A stretch of DNA of 64,000 bases from Methanomassiliicoccaceae archaeon (GCA_963728405.1 CAVSJV010000018.1:1-64000); one strand, 5' to 3'. Shown: positions 12,567-22,310, counted from the first letter of the stretch. A program made the numbers and translations. Notes: generated from the letters alone by a model not told the origin.

Positions 12567-12610
12567 AACAGATATCGGATATTGGAAAACGATTCCAATA
12601 GGCTGCTAGC

Positions 12611-13674
12611 TCACTGCAACCGTTGATTTGTTCTGTCATGAAATAGCTGAATGAATTTTTTAAACAGGATAATGCCATCCTCGCCAACTTGCTTTTTGGC
12701 GAATATTGGATCTTGTTTCGGTACCTTGTCGATGTTGAGAATGGTCATATCTTCGCCAGCGTGGATTATTCCATGTCTCCATTCTATATACAACTGAATT
12801 GTCTCCAACTCGCCAGGACTCATACTTAGATCCGAAACTCTTACCCCATATGCGTCCTTATATGCATCCTTAAATGATTTCCAGTTCTGAAAATTAATAC
12901 GCTTTTTTGATTGATGAATTCAAGTACCTGTTCGCCGGCAGTTCCGAATCTTTCCTCTATTTCCTTCCTAGCATTTACTCTATATTTTGAGGGAACGAAA
13001 TCGTACATGGCGTCAAGATTGATCAGTGATTCGTTTTTCATAGAGATCTCGACGAACCTATCTCGAACATAGACTTCAAAAGCTGTGGTCATCATCACAA
13101 TTGATTGCTGGACAAGAACGGATTCCGTCAAATAATCAGGCCCTGGGCATAACTTTAACAGGATCTCAATCTTCGTGAGTTGAAAGTCAAACACTTCTTT
13201 CGGTGTCGAGCATGCCACTGTCTTCCCCCCCTCCCTTATCGAAAAAAAGCCAACTACGACTCCCACATCCCCAACTCGATAAATCTGATTGTTCCTATCA
13301 ATTCCTAGTTTGATATCTGGATAGTCGCGGGCCTCGGATATCAATAAGCTACTACTACCAATCTTACCGGCATACAAACAGTCATTCGAAGGCGACCATG
13401 TTACTGTTATGGCAGGCTGTTCTGACTCGATTATACTAGTGACATCAACTTCAGCCATTCTTGTTGGCATGCCCATATTACTTCGATAGAAGCGAACTAG
13501 ATAATCTGGACGCAAAACTAATTGAAAAATAGAATTTTTGTGTACATGCTGCCAAAGAGTGATTTCTTCTTCATGCGAACGTGAGAGTACGCCAATTTTT
13601 AATTTTAAAAATATCGTGCCCTCTTCAGGATTAATATTCGCCCTCAGACTATTCATTACTCCCACTGCGGACAA
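12611..13674 (-). CDS. HEPN domain protein (beta-rich N-terminus, C-terminal HEPN with RxxxxH); frameshift at an A-run near 12905
   Basis: 12841..13674 plus 12611..12823. Adding one A gives ...RINFQNWKSFKDAYK...WRHGIIH. The helix SIVMMTTAFEVYVRDRF is typical of HEPN. Confidence 0.7.
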
Positions 13675-14036
13675 CGTTGTGCACTATCTTGATATTATCT
13701 TGAGAAGAAGATTCGAATGCATAGATAATATGCTTTGAAGTAGTTGGATTCGTAGTTTCAAAAAATCTTGATGGGTTTGCTAAATGAAATGTGGTTTGAC
13801 ATTATCCAATCCAGTTGTTTCTTGGACAGAGAATAACCCAATCATCGAGGATAATGATCATTTAGTCCGTTTTTAAATAATTATCGTTGTCTGGTACTAT
13901 ACTGAAACATAGAGATATTTAGTATTGAAGGTTGGTAATAGCGGATAGTTGGTATGTATTGGTTGCTCAAGTGATATTGGGTATCCACGAGGCACCAAGC
14001 CCTCTTACTGGAGTCTGGAGCTAGTTGCCTGGTTGA

Positions 14037-14061
14037 GCCCGGTATCAATACGATACCGATA
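14037..14061. repeat. Palindrome copy 2 (GCCCGGTATC-AATAC-GATACCGATA)
   Basis: Degenerate arms, same 5 bp spacer. Confidence 0.7.
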
Positions 14062-14091
14062 TTTTCATATCTGGACCATCATAAGAGCATC

Positions 14092-14116
14092 GTCCGGTAT
14101 CTGATGGATACCAGAC
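14092..14116. repeat. Palindrome copy 3 (GTCCGGTATC-TGATG-GATACCAGAC)
   Basis: 15 bp from the stop of the 14131..14778 gene. Confidence 0.85.
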
Positions 14117-14130
14117 CACTTACATGTGAC

Positions 14131-14778
14131 CTAAAGCTTCGTCAGCTCCGCGATCTCGCCGTTCCTGACCACAACGCGCTGCCCGTTGCCGACGCCGTTG
14201 TCGACAACCCGCACGCCCCAACGCTTGTTCATCTCGTTGACGGCGTACTGTATCACCTCGAACGGCCGCTTGCCCGACGAGCGCTTCCTGCCGTTCTTCA
14301 GGTGAACGATGAACTCGACCGGGACGAGCGCCAAACGACACCATTGCCCTGACTGTTAGTAATGCTGAACGAACGATGCCGTTTGAGCTCGATGTGATCG
14401 ATGTCTTCTTTACTAACGAATCCACCATTCCTCACGAACTTGCGATAATAGAGAGGAGGGATCTCCAAACCATTGTCGTAGAGGTGGAGAGGTTTGGAGG
14501 ACAGCCCACCGTTGATGTAAGATGTACTCGCCATACCAAAAAATCAATATTATCCCAAGTATCCAGACTACATCGACCATCAGGTAGAATGGCGTTATGG
14601 CCCCAAGCTGGTTCGAATATATCTCAGCGATTAAGAGCGCAATTGATAGGATCCCTGCCGCCCGGAGACCAAATGCACCTAGCAGGTACTTGCGATTGGA
14701 GTATAAACCACCGGGCAGGTATGCCGCGTACAATTGTTCTTCGAACAGCACTGCACCTTTATTCTCGATCACGCTCAA
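14131..14778 (-). CDS. Hypothetical membrane protein (2 TM plus soluble domain), two frameshifts
   Basis: Joins 14413..14778, 14298..14534 and 14131..14334. Confidence 0.65.
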
Positions 14779-14907
14779 CTCCCCTTTAACGGGAGTACTT
14801 TGAGCGATTATCTAGATGTTGGTCGGAGCACCATTAGCACAACAACGATGCCATGGAATTAATGGGACCAGATACATTGGCGCGATAATATGGACGCCCA
14901 ACCGCTT

Positions 14908-14932
14908 GTCCAGTATCCGTTAGATACCAGAC
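14908..14932. repeat. Palindrome copy 4 (GTCCAGTATC-CGTTA-GATACCAGAC)
   Basis: Intergenic, 5 bp spacer. Confidence 0.8.
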
Positions 14933-15040
14933 AGTGAAAACCGGTGCTTGACGAATGGAAGAAGGCCATAATATTAGCAAAGCTCAACGACTCTGGCCTC
15001 GAATCGTGCCGTCCTTAAGAAAGTGAGAGAGCATCATATT

Positions 15041-15065
15041 GTCCGGTATCGGCAAGATACCGGAC
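15041..15065. repeat. Palindrome copy 5 (GTCCGGTATC-GGCAA-GATACCGGAC)
   Basis: Perfect arms. Confidence 0.9.
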
Positions 15066-16400
15066 TCGAGCGGGTAGCCAGTAGAAGGCGGACCCCCCAA
15101 CGGGAAATCGAGGCAAGTACCCTGACGATTGAGGATGAGACAGCAGGGGGTGGCCCGGGCAGGGGGATAGGGGTCTCAAGCCTGCATTTTAGCTAGGGTA
15201 ATCGTCAGTTGCCAGTAGGGTCAACGACCCAGGGGGCTCGAGGCAGGCCCCTCCCGACCTCACTGGAACCAGCCCCTTCGTATCCTGGGAGCGATGGTCC
15301 GCACCCCCACCCGATCGAGGCCATCCAGTGCATCTCAGAAGCAACGGAACTTTGAGCTAACCACCCCCTACCCACTGCCCAGGAGGGGGTAGGACCAGGG
15401 GTCAACGCGCCTGCGCATTATGTGCGTAGGTTCGGCGGGTCGGGTCACCGGGTCGATAGGGTGGGTTCCGGGCCCTAGGTAAGGCGACCGGGTCGGGTTG
15501 CTATCCTCGTCTTCCCCGCCCCCTGCTTTCCTCCGCTCAGAACGGCCGAGAACTGCTCGTTCCTCGTTCGAAGCTTCGATGCACCGATAAGGCGTCCAGA
15601 CGCGGAAGATTTGGAATTCGAGGCGAGACCCGCCGCCTAGAATCGGAGATACCGGGGCTAGATCCGACCGTGACGCGAAAGAGACTTCCAACCCTGCCTT
15701 AGCGCCAACGAACGGGAAATCTCGCCGGAAGGCCGTTTCCGCACGTCTCTCAGGTTTATCGGCAGTATCGTTGTGATCTCCCGGCGGCCGCCGCTAGCTG
15801 TTGCCTTCAACGCTTGTTGCCTTGTTTCGTCGATCAGGGGCGGAAGTGAGCTAGGGGAGAGGTACGGCACGAATAATGTGTGCCTATCCTGCCTCTCAGC
15901 CCCTTTGCTCGGGTCACCTCTCGAAGAGGTAGACCCCGTGACCCCTTCCAACCGTCGATCTCTCTGCCACCCCTAAACTCGTTCCCTAGGGGAGGGGATT
16001 AAACAGCAGGCATGAAAATGTCCGGGGGTCGGCTGCCTCGACGCAGGCAAGGTGCTTGCAGGGGACAGGCTCGCTACACTCACGCGCGTAGAGGGTGGTC
16101 GTTGACCCGGTGGTCGACCGGGTGGTTGACCCGGTGGTCGAGGGTGGTCGACGGGGAGGGTCAAGTCAATCCGTATCCCTTCCCCCGCCCCGTTTGGGCT
16201 TATCGGTGTAACGGGTGTCGGAAAAAAATCTGTTGGGAAGGGGCTTCATCGATCGAGTTTGATGCTGAAGGTTCGACGGTCATGCTTCCGGCTGCCGCAG
16301 CGGGGACAGCGGCGCTGCAGGTTACGAGTCTCTCGTTTTCCAAGAATAACCCAGGTGTCACTCCACAACCCCTACCGCGCATTCATGACGGTACGAGCGA
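15065..16400. ncRNA. Candidate large structured non-coding RNA or structured DNA origin; strand unknown
   Basis: GC-rich, no credible ORF, many nested long-range complementary segments. Confidence 0.4.
16094..16150 (+). repeat. Five GGTGGTYG direct repeats at 10-15 bp spacing
   Basis: Copies start at 16094, 16109, 16121, 16133 and 16143. Confidence 0.8.
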
Positions 16401-16596
16401 CGGAGAACTTAATTGAATGGAACGGGGGGGGGGGGACCCTTCGATGCGGCAATAATGATCCATTGTGGCCAGCTCTTCTTATCTGCTGCTATATTACTGC
16501 TTATTGACAACGAGCCAGTTCGTGCTTTTTATAAAAAAGATAAAAATGGGGGAGTGATTGAGTAAAGGGTGAAAGAGGGCTAAGCCATGGGTAGCC

Positions 16597-16884
16597 TTAA
16601 GAAAGAATCTCGTTTATCTCGGTCAACTTCTCCGCTACCTTCTTCCCTTTGTCAGTTAACCAATACTTGAAAGTGATCCTAGGCGACTCGATATGCTTTC
16701 TATCGACCAGACCGGCCTCGAACAGCCGGTCCATGGTTCGCTTCAACCTATCGTAGGTCGGTATGATGAAACGGAGATCGGTCAGGTTGACCTCCCCATG
16801 GTCGTTGATGTACCTGATTAATCCCGATGCATGGCCCAGGTCCATGACCGTGGAGTAATCCGTTTCACGATTAAGCTTTGACAT
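16597..16884 (-). CDS. Winged-HTH transcriptional regulator (HxlR/ArsR-like)
   Basis: 95 aa; LFEAGLVDR...YWLTDKGKKVAE wing motif. Confidence 0.85.
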   Translation of the reverse strand: MSKLNRETDYSTVMDLGHASGLIRYINDHGEVNLTDLRFIIPTYDRLKRTMDRLFEAGLVDRKHIESPRITFKYWLTDKGKKVAEKLTEINEILS

Positions 16885-16929
16885 TCGGAAAAGGTCATAA
16901 TGATTCTATGACTAAATGAAATTCATTCC

Positions 16930-17006
16930 GTTTATTCTTTCTTAAACGATAAATTATTAATAACCACAAAAGTGCATGCGCCCATGCCGTTTAAGAAATC
17001 TTAAAC
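16930..17006. promoter_or_regulatory. Two 18 bp operator-like palindromes in the divergent promoter region
   Basis: GTTTAAGAAATCTTAAAC 16989-17006 and GTTTATTCTTTCTTAAAC 16930-16947, flanking AT-rich TATA-like sequence. Confidence 0.6.
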
Positions 17007-17040
17007 AACGGTTCAAAGCGAGCGATCGGAGGAAAGTTAC

Positions 17041-17768
17041 ATGGAATCAAGCTGATCGAGCGTCCTTGCTGACCCCCAGCAGGACCGATCTCAGGGAATA
17101 GGATCAAAAAGCCAGATCATAAATGGCTCATCATCTGGAGCGTTGACAGTAATCCTAGTAATCGTCGCTGCCATCGGCGCGAGCATCGTCCTCAACGGTT
17201 CCGGCGGTTCCGCCAACGGCCCAAACGATTCCGACGGTTACAACGATTCCAGTAACAATGTTAATTCACCAGAGGACCGGCGGGTCATTATCGCTCCGGC
17301 CGACGAATTGATATTGAGCGCTTCCGACCTCTCATCCGCGTGGAGATCGAACGGTCCGTGTTTTCCGGGCAGGGATACGATGCCAGTGTCACTGACCTCA
17401 GTTCCATCGAGCTGTTCGTTGGCGATGATGTCAGTGAGCCGCTGGGTGATGTCAAGATCATTCTGGTGGAGACGACTTCGGTTGATACCGCCAAGGAAGT
17501 GCTGGCCTCGTACATCGACAACGAGAACAGCGGGACCGCCTACTCCTTCGTCAAGATGACCAACGCTGTTGGTAACGAATCATACCAGGCTTCGTTGAGC
17601 GATCCTCAGTGGCCGAGCTACAGCGACCACGCCCTGCGCGTTCCGATTGAACAACTGTCGTGGTCATTATGGCATTCTATCACGACGACGCATACATCAT
17701 GACCGAGACTGTGGATGCACGATATTGTGGCGATGCAGCTGGAGCAGGTAAGAATGAACCTGCCGTGA
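17041..17768 (+). CDS. Membrane-anchored hypothetical protein, frameshifted
   Basis: Fragments 17143..17559 (TM plus N/S/D-rich linker) and 17340..17702; GGAGG upstream of ATG 17041. Confidence 0.5.
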
Positions 17769-17802
17769 GCTATCCTCGATCGTGGGGAGGAGGGTTGATA
17801 CA

Positions 17803-18195
17803 ATGGACTTGAGCGCGGAAAAGAAGAGGGAGATCTGGAGCTGGAGATACACACATACGAGAAAGCGAAGAGGCAACAGCCGGTCGCGTACATCACGGCG
17901 ATCGTCGGGGCTGGCATGCTCGCGCTCGGGCTTGTCTGTTCCGTTGGTTCGGTCTTCATGATTCTGGGTATCGCATTGATCGTCGTCGGCATCATCTCGG
18001 CGGCCATAGGCGAGGTCGGAGGCGTCAGGCTCTCCAGCTTGCGCAGGCAGCTCGACGAGCTCGATGCCGGAACTCCGTCGACCTCGATGACGGTATTGAG
18101 CACCGTCAAGAGCGCGAGATTCTGCAGATCATGCGGTCACACCTGCCGCCGACTCTGACTTCTGCGAGGGCTGCGGCAAGAAGCTTGGGGGTTGA
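17803..18195 (+). CDS. 2-TM membrane protein with C-terminal zinc ribbon, frameshifted
   Basis: FCRSCG...FCEGCGKKL after restoring the frame. Confidence 0.7.
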
Positions 18196-18198
18196 ACG

Positions 18199-18682
18199 AT
18201 GCACAATGAAGTGATCCAGAATAGAGGCGGCTCGATCAAGAAGTATAAGCGAAGGCGGAACATCGGCGCGGCTCTCATGATCGTCGGCGTTCTGTGCTTT
18301 CTCCTGAGTTTCATCCCATCGTCGAGCACTAGTTATACTTACTATCCGAACGGACAAGGTGGCGTTATTCCTTACCCTATGTCATCGACCACTCATCCGT
18401 TCCTGTTCATGATCGTTCCCGGCATCGCTTTCCTGATCGCTGGCGTTGCTCTCATTGTATCGTCGAGAAAGCGCTTGAAATGCATCGACAACGATGGAGT
18501 GATAACGAATGAACGCGCTCCCTCGATTGACGTCAATCTTCCGAAGGAACAAGCATCGATGGATGAGGCCCCAAGCCAAACGATCAAGGAACAGAGCAAA
18601 GACAAGTTCTGCCGGTTCTGCGGGGTACGCATGGAAATGAGTGATTCGTTCTTGCGGCGACTGCGGTAAGAGGGTCGCCTGA
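18199..18682 (+). CDS. 2-TM membrane protein with C-terminal zinc ribbon
   Basis: KFCRFCG...CGDCGKRV (shift near 18652). Confidence 0.75.
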
Positions 18683-18740
18683 AGAATTGTTGATGAGCGC
18701 GAGGAAGGCAAATCACCGATAAGCGTACTCTTATCGGCGC

Positions 18741-18765
18741 GTCCGGTATCGTAGTGATACCGGAC
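18741..18765. repeat. Palindrome copy 6 (GTCCGGTATC-GTAGT-GATACCGGAC)
   Basis: Perfect arms; preceded by hairpin CCGATAAG/CTTATCGG. Confidence 0.9.
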
Positions 18766-19041
18766 ATGCTGGCATATGTTCAATTTTTCGCTCAATTCCT
18801 GCCGGAATAATAATTATTTGCTCCCTTTATTTTTAATCGCAACCAATATAAACTCGATGCTGAATAATCAATATTCATAATTTGATATAACAAAATGAGA
18901 ATGAAAGTTCGCAAGAGATTACCCTTGATTTCGCAAAGTTTCTCTTTCAGCCTTTCACTTTGGCCAGCATGTTTGAGATCGAATTGAGGAACAGCGAATG
19001 CGCTCGATAGCGAGTCAAGCTGATCGAGCAAGGAAAATGGG

Positions 19042-20217
19042 ATGGGAATGTCGGAGCGAAAGAGGGAGCGGTCGAGCGAGCTCGACGAGCTCGATGCGAG
19101 CGAAGTCTTAAGAGAGCTCGACGGCCCTCTGTGCTCCGAGGGCGTAAACCTTGCCAAGAAACGAGGTCGCCCCAACAGAACCGACATGCAGGAGGTGGAG
19201 CGGTTGAAACTGGGCTGTCGCCCCTTCGCCGCCGCCATCAAACACTATTTGGATAGGAGATACGGAACAGTGGCCGAATCTACTTACAAGGAGGAAGAAC
19301 GAAAACTTCGATACCTAGCTGGCGTGTTCGAGAAGCTAAAGGATGAGCGCAGAATAAATACGACCGATCCACGGCACATGACTCGGAGAGAGATACAAGA
19401 ATTCATGGCATGGATGCGGAGAGAGGGACTGGACCCAGTAGCCCAGGCGAAGTACCTGCAATACCTGAAGGGGTTCCTGAAGTGTTACAAGAACTTCGCC
19501 ATGGATGAGATGAAGGCGGACGGTGTGAGATTCCCCAAGCCTACCAAAAAGCCGATCCGAGTGATCGCCGAAGGAGACCTGGACATTATATTCAGGACCC
19601 TTGGCAGCCTGGAAGAATGGAGAGGATCGGTCGCCAGGGGAATGATATCATTGTATTTTGCCACAGGGGTTCGACCAAAGGAACTAAGGTTGGCTCATTG
19701 CGAAGACCTGAATCTTCAGCAAGGTACTCTGTTCGTACGCCATCCGAAGGGCGAGGGGAGCTGGGCCAGCGCCGAACCGGTCGATATCATACGGCCGGAC
19801 ATGCTCCCGCTGATCAATCGATACCTATTCGAACGCCAGGAATATCTTAAGAATCAGGGGATGAGAAAGGCCACTGCCTTATTCCCGAACCTTTACCGAG
19901 GCCAGGATGAATTCTATTCTGCCAACGCCTTCAACGAGATCAAGCACATCGTTGAAGAAATGTCAGGGGTAGATTTCAAACTGAAGGACTTCCGGTCCAC
20001 GCTGACGACCATGACCGTCAACGGGGACCTGAGCCGCCTTCCCGCCATGTCGGCGCAGTTGAGGCACACCAATCTAGCAACGACGCAACGTTCATACTTT
20101 CGTATGCAGCAGGGCGTCGCCGGAAAGCAGCTCAAGGACGCTTGGAAAGAACATCCGATCGTCTTTCCCGAAAACACCGTTATTAAGAAAGATATTGATA
20201 ATGCTGGATATGTATAG
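19042..20217 (+). CDS. Tyrosine recombinase/site-specific integrase
   Basis: Catalytic motifs TGVRPKE (R), HPKG (K), KDFR (HxxR variant), QLRH, RSY (Y); start may be further downstream (~19186). Confidence 0.92.
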   Translation: MGMSERKRERSSELDELDASEVLRELDGPLCSEGVNLAKKRGRPNRTDMQEVERLKLGCRPFAAAIKHYLDRRYGTVAESTYKEEERKLRYLAGVFEKLKDERRINTTDPRHMTRREIQEFMAWMRREGLDPVAQAKYLQYLKGFLKCYKNFAMDEMKADGVRFPKPTKKPIRVIAEGDLDIIFRTLGSLEEWRGSVARGMISLYFATGVRPKELRLAHCEDLNLQQGTLFVRHPKGEGSWASAEPVDIIRPDMLPLINRYLFERQEYLKNQGMRKATALFPNLYRGQDEFYSANAFNEIKHIVEEMSGVDFKLKDFRSTLTTMTVNGDLSRLPAMSAQLRHTNLATTQRSYFRMQQGVAGKQLKDAWKEHPIVFPENTVIKKDIDNAGYV

Positions 20218-20220
20218 GAG

Positions 20221-20242
20221 TGGACCGATCGGGATTGGAACC
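20221..20242 (-). mobile_element. att core: tRNA 3'-end fragment (tRNA-Ala-like)
   Basis: Minus strand GGTTCCAATCCCGATCGGTCCA = T-loop plus acceptor 3' strand with U70 and A73; begins 4 bp after the integrase stop. Confidence 0.7.
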
Positions 20243-20434
20243 AACAAAACGACTGGCTTACTTCTCAATTGTACCGTCCATGTACAAAGCACTTGTTCGA
20301 GGCTATGAAATATGGACCAAACCCTTTCTAAATTATTTTTTAAAACAACAAATGCAGAGGTCAAGAGTGACAGCCTATTTTTCATCACCAATGTAAACTG
20401 CTCACAGTCCATTTTATCAGACCAGATCTTCAGC

Positions 20435-21601
20435 CTAGCTACGAACAGGGATGGTGAAGTAGAAGGTGCTGCCATGGCCCGGCTCGGACTCGACCCAGAT
20501 GCGCCCGCCGTGCCTCTCCACGATCCGCCGGGCGATGGCCAACCCCATGCCCGTTCCCTCGTACTCCTCCCTGGTATGCAACCGTCGGAACATTTCGAAT
20601 AAATTGTCCCTGTACTTGGGGTCGATGCCGATGCCGTTGTCTCGGACGGAGAAACCCCATTCTTCTCCTCCTTCCACGGACACATGGACCTTCGGCGGTT
20701 CAGGCCCACGGTACTTGATGGCGTTGCTGATGAGGTTCTGCAGCAGAAGCACCATCTGGGTTTTATCGGCCATGATTGTCGGTAGCGAGTCGTGGGTTAT
20801 CGTGGCACCACTTTCCTTGATACCGGCATCAAGGTCCTTCTGTGCCAAGGCGAGGACCTCGTTGATGTCCGTCATGGACGGGTTCATGTCATTCTTATCC
20901 ACCATGGAATAGGTGAGCAGGTCCTCGACCATCGCATTCATTCGTTGGGAGCCTTCCACGGCGAAGTCTATGTAGCTTTGGGCCTTGGCGTCCAACCGGT
21001 CCCGGTATTGTGTCTTCAATAGTCTGAGGTAAAGCGAGACCATCCTGAGCGGTTCCTTGAGGTCATGCGAGGCGATGTGGGCGAACCGTTGCAGGTCGGC
21101 GTTGGAGCGTTGCAGTTCCACCCTGGCTTTTTCCTCCTCCACCAGCCTCTTACGCAATATGGCATAACGGATGGAGCGGACCATGACCTCACCGATGATA
21201 GTCTCCTTGAACAGATAGTCCTGTGCCCCGTGCCGCATCGCTCTCATCGCCGTCTCCTTGTTGGAGTTAGAGGTGAGGACGACGACCGGGACCGTTCCCG
21301 ACATTCTCTCCACGGCCTCGAAGGTATCGTATCCTTGGCTATCTGGCAGGTTAAGGTCAAGGACCACGGCATCGTAGCCCTTCTCAAGTTCATCGTAAAC
21401 CGATGACAGATTGGTAACGACTTTTATGGAGAAGCCCTCATCGGCGAGCATGCGTCGCATGCGTTCGGCGTCGTGAGGGTCGTCCTCGATAAGCAGGATG
21501 ATTGACGTTTCCCCCCCCCGAGCATGAACTAGGAATCTTCCTATCCCTAAAAAAAGATTTACCTTGGGGGTACTTTGCTCACGGACCTTTCCCAGCGGCA
21601 A
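20435..21601 (-). CDS. Receiver-histidine kinase hybrid
   Basis: LLIEDD/DLNLPD receiver; ASHDLKEPL H-box; GTGMGLAI G-box; likely true start ~21525. Confidence 0.9.
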   Translation of the reverse strand: MPLGKVREQSTPKVNLFLGIGRFLVHARGGETSIILLIEDDPHDAERMRRMLADEGFSIKVVTNLSSVYDELEKGYDAVVLDLNLPDSQGYDTFEAVERMSGTVPVVVLTSNSNKETAMRAMRHGAQDYLFKETIIGEVMVRSIRYAILRKRLVEEEKARVELQRSNADLQRFAHIASHDLKEPLRMVSLYLRLLKTQYRDRLDAKAQSYIDFAVEGSQRMNAMVEDLLTYSMVDKNDMNPSMTDINEVLALAQKDLDAGIKESGATITHDSLPTIMADKTQMVLLLQNLISNAIKYRGPEPPKVHVSVEGGEEWGFSVRDNGIGIDPKYRDNLFEMFRRLHTREEYEGTGMGLAIARRIVERHGGRIWVESEPGHGSTFYFTIPVRS

Positions 21602-21625
21602 TCCCGCACCATTTGTAAAATGGTT

Positions 21626-22310
21626 AAAGGGTTTGACAATGACCCATATGCATGAAGGACCGTTATTGAATTGGAACTTGATACTGCTGGCTATACGTAG
21701 GTGAGAATCCCGATCGGTCCACTCCTAACTATATCCAGTGTTATCAAATTCTTTTTCAATAAGGGGGGTCTGTGCAATATGCACCGCCCGGTCCTTCCAC
21801 GCGTTCTTGAGCCGCTTGCCCGCCACGCCCTCCTCCACGCGATAGTAGGAGCGTTGGTTCGTGGCTAGGTTCCTTGCCTCAGTTGTGCCGACATCGCCGG
21901 TAATAGGCTCATGTCCCCGTTCACTGTCATCGATGTTAGGGGAAGGGGTCTGCACCCATCTCATTATTGATTGAGAGAATGATTATCCTGGCCTTGGCAT
22001 TGGCATGGGCAGTCGGATTAACCTTTGTAACCAATCATTAACCCCTTCAATAGGATTTGTCCAGCTCGTTTTGATAGTTAAAAAATGTTAACTTAGTTAA
22101 CGAAAAGAAGCGGAAGAGGTTTGGTCTATTTTCTCATCAACTCTCGAACGGGGTGGTTCGAACAGAGCACTGTTCAAAATGGTCTTTAGCTAGATGAGTT
22201 GCTGGGCTGAAATCCCGCTTTGCCCACTGGGCTCATAAGAAAAAGAAAGGGTTTGACAATGACCCATATGCATGAAGGGCCGTTATTGACTTGAAATTTG
22301 ATACTACTAG
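21626..22310 (+). repeat. ~65 bp direct repeat (21626-21690 and 22246-22310) that includes a decayed integrase 3' end
   Basis: AAAGGGTTTGACAATGACCCATATGCATGAAGG-CCGTTATTGA... occurs twice; the tail resembles 20177-20217. Confidence 0.85.
21706..21870 (-). pseudogene. Inverted integrase C-terminal remnant with att core
   Basis: TNQRSYYRVEEGVAGKRLKNAWK...FDNTGYS matches the integrase C-terminus; 21706-21727 is the exact reverse complement of 20215-20236. Confidence 0.85.

Larger units (their letters stand above)
9200..20242. mobile_element. Integrative element/genomic island ending in tyrosine integrase plus tRNA-like att core; left boundary not determined
   Basis: Integrase 19042..20217 is followed by a tRNA 3'-end fragment; AT-rich cargo at 9.9-14 kb; element-restricted palindromes. 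Confidence 0.65.

Noticed and set aside
15065-16400. Group II intron, RNase P or SRP RNA; also the short ORFs here
   Set aside because: No domain V, GAGGAAAGUCC or SRP helix-8 motif seen; the ORFs are low-complexity and motif-less.
9220-18765. Palindrome copies as a CRISPR array
   Set aside because: Spacing runs from 55 bp to 4.8 kb, the centre is variable, and there are no cas genes.
20221-20300. Intact tRNA gene
   Set aside because: Only the T-loop and acceptor 3' strand are present; no D or anticodon arm.
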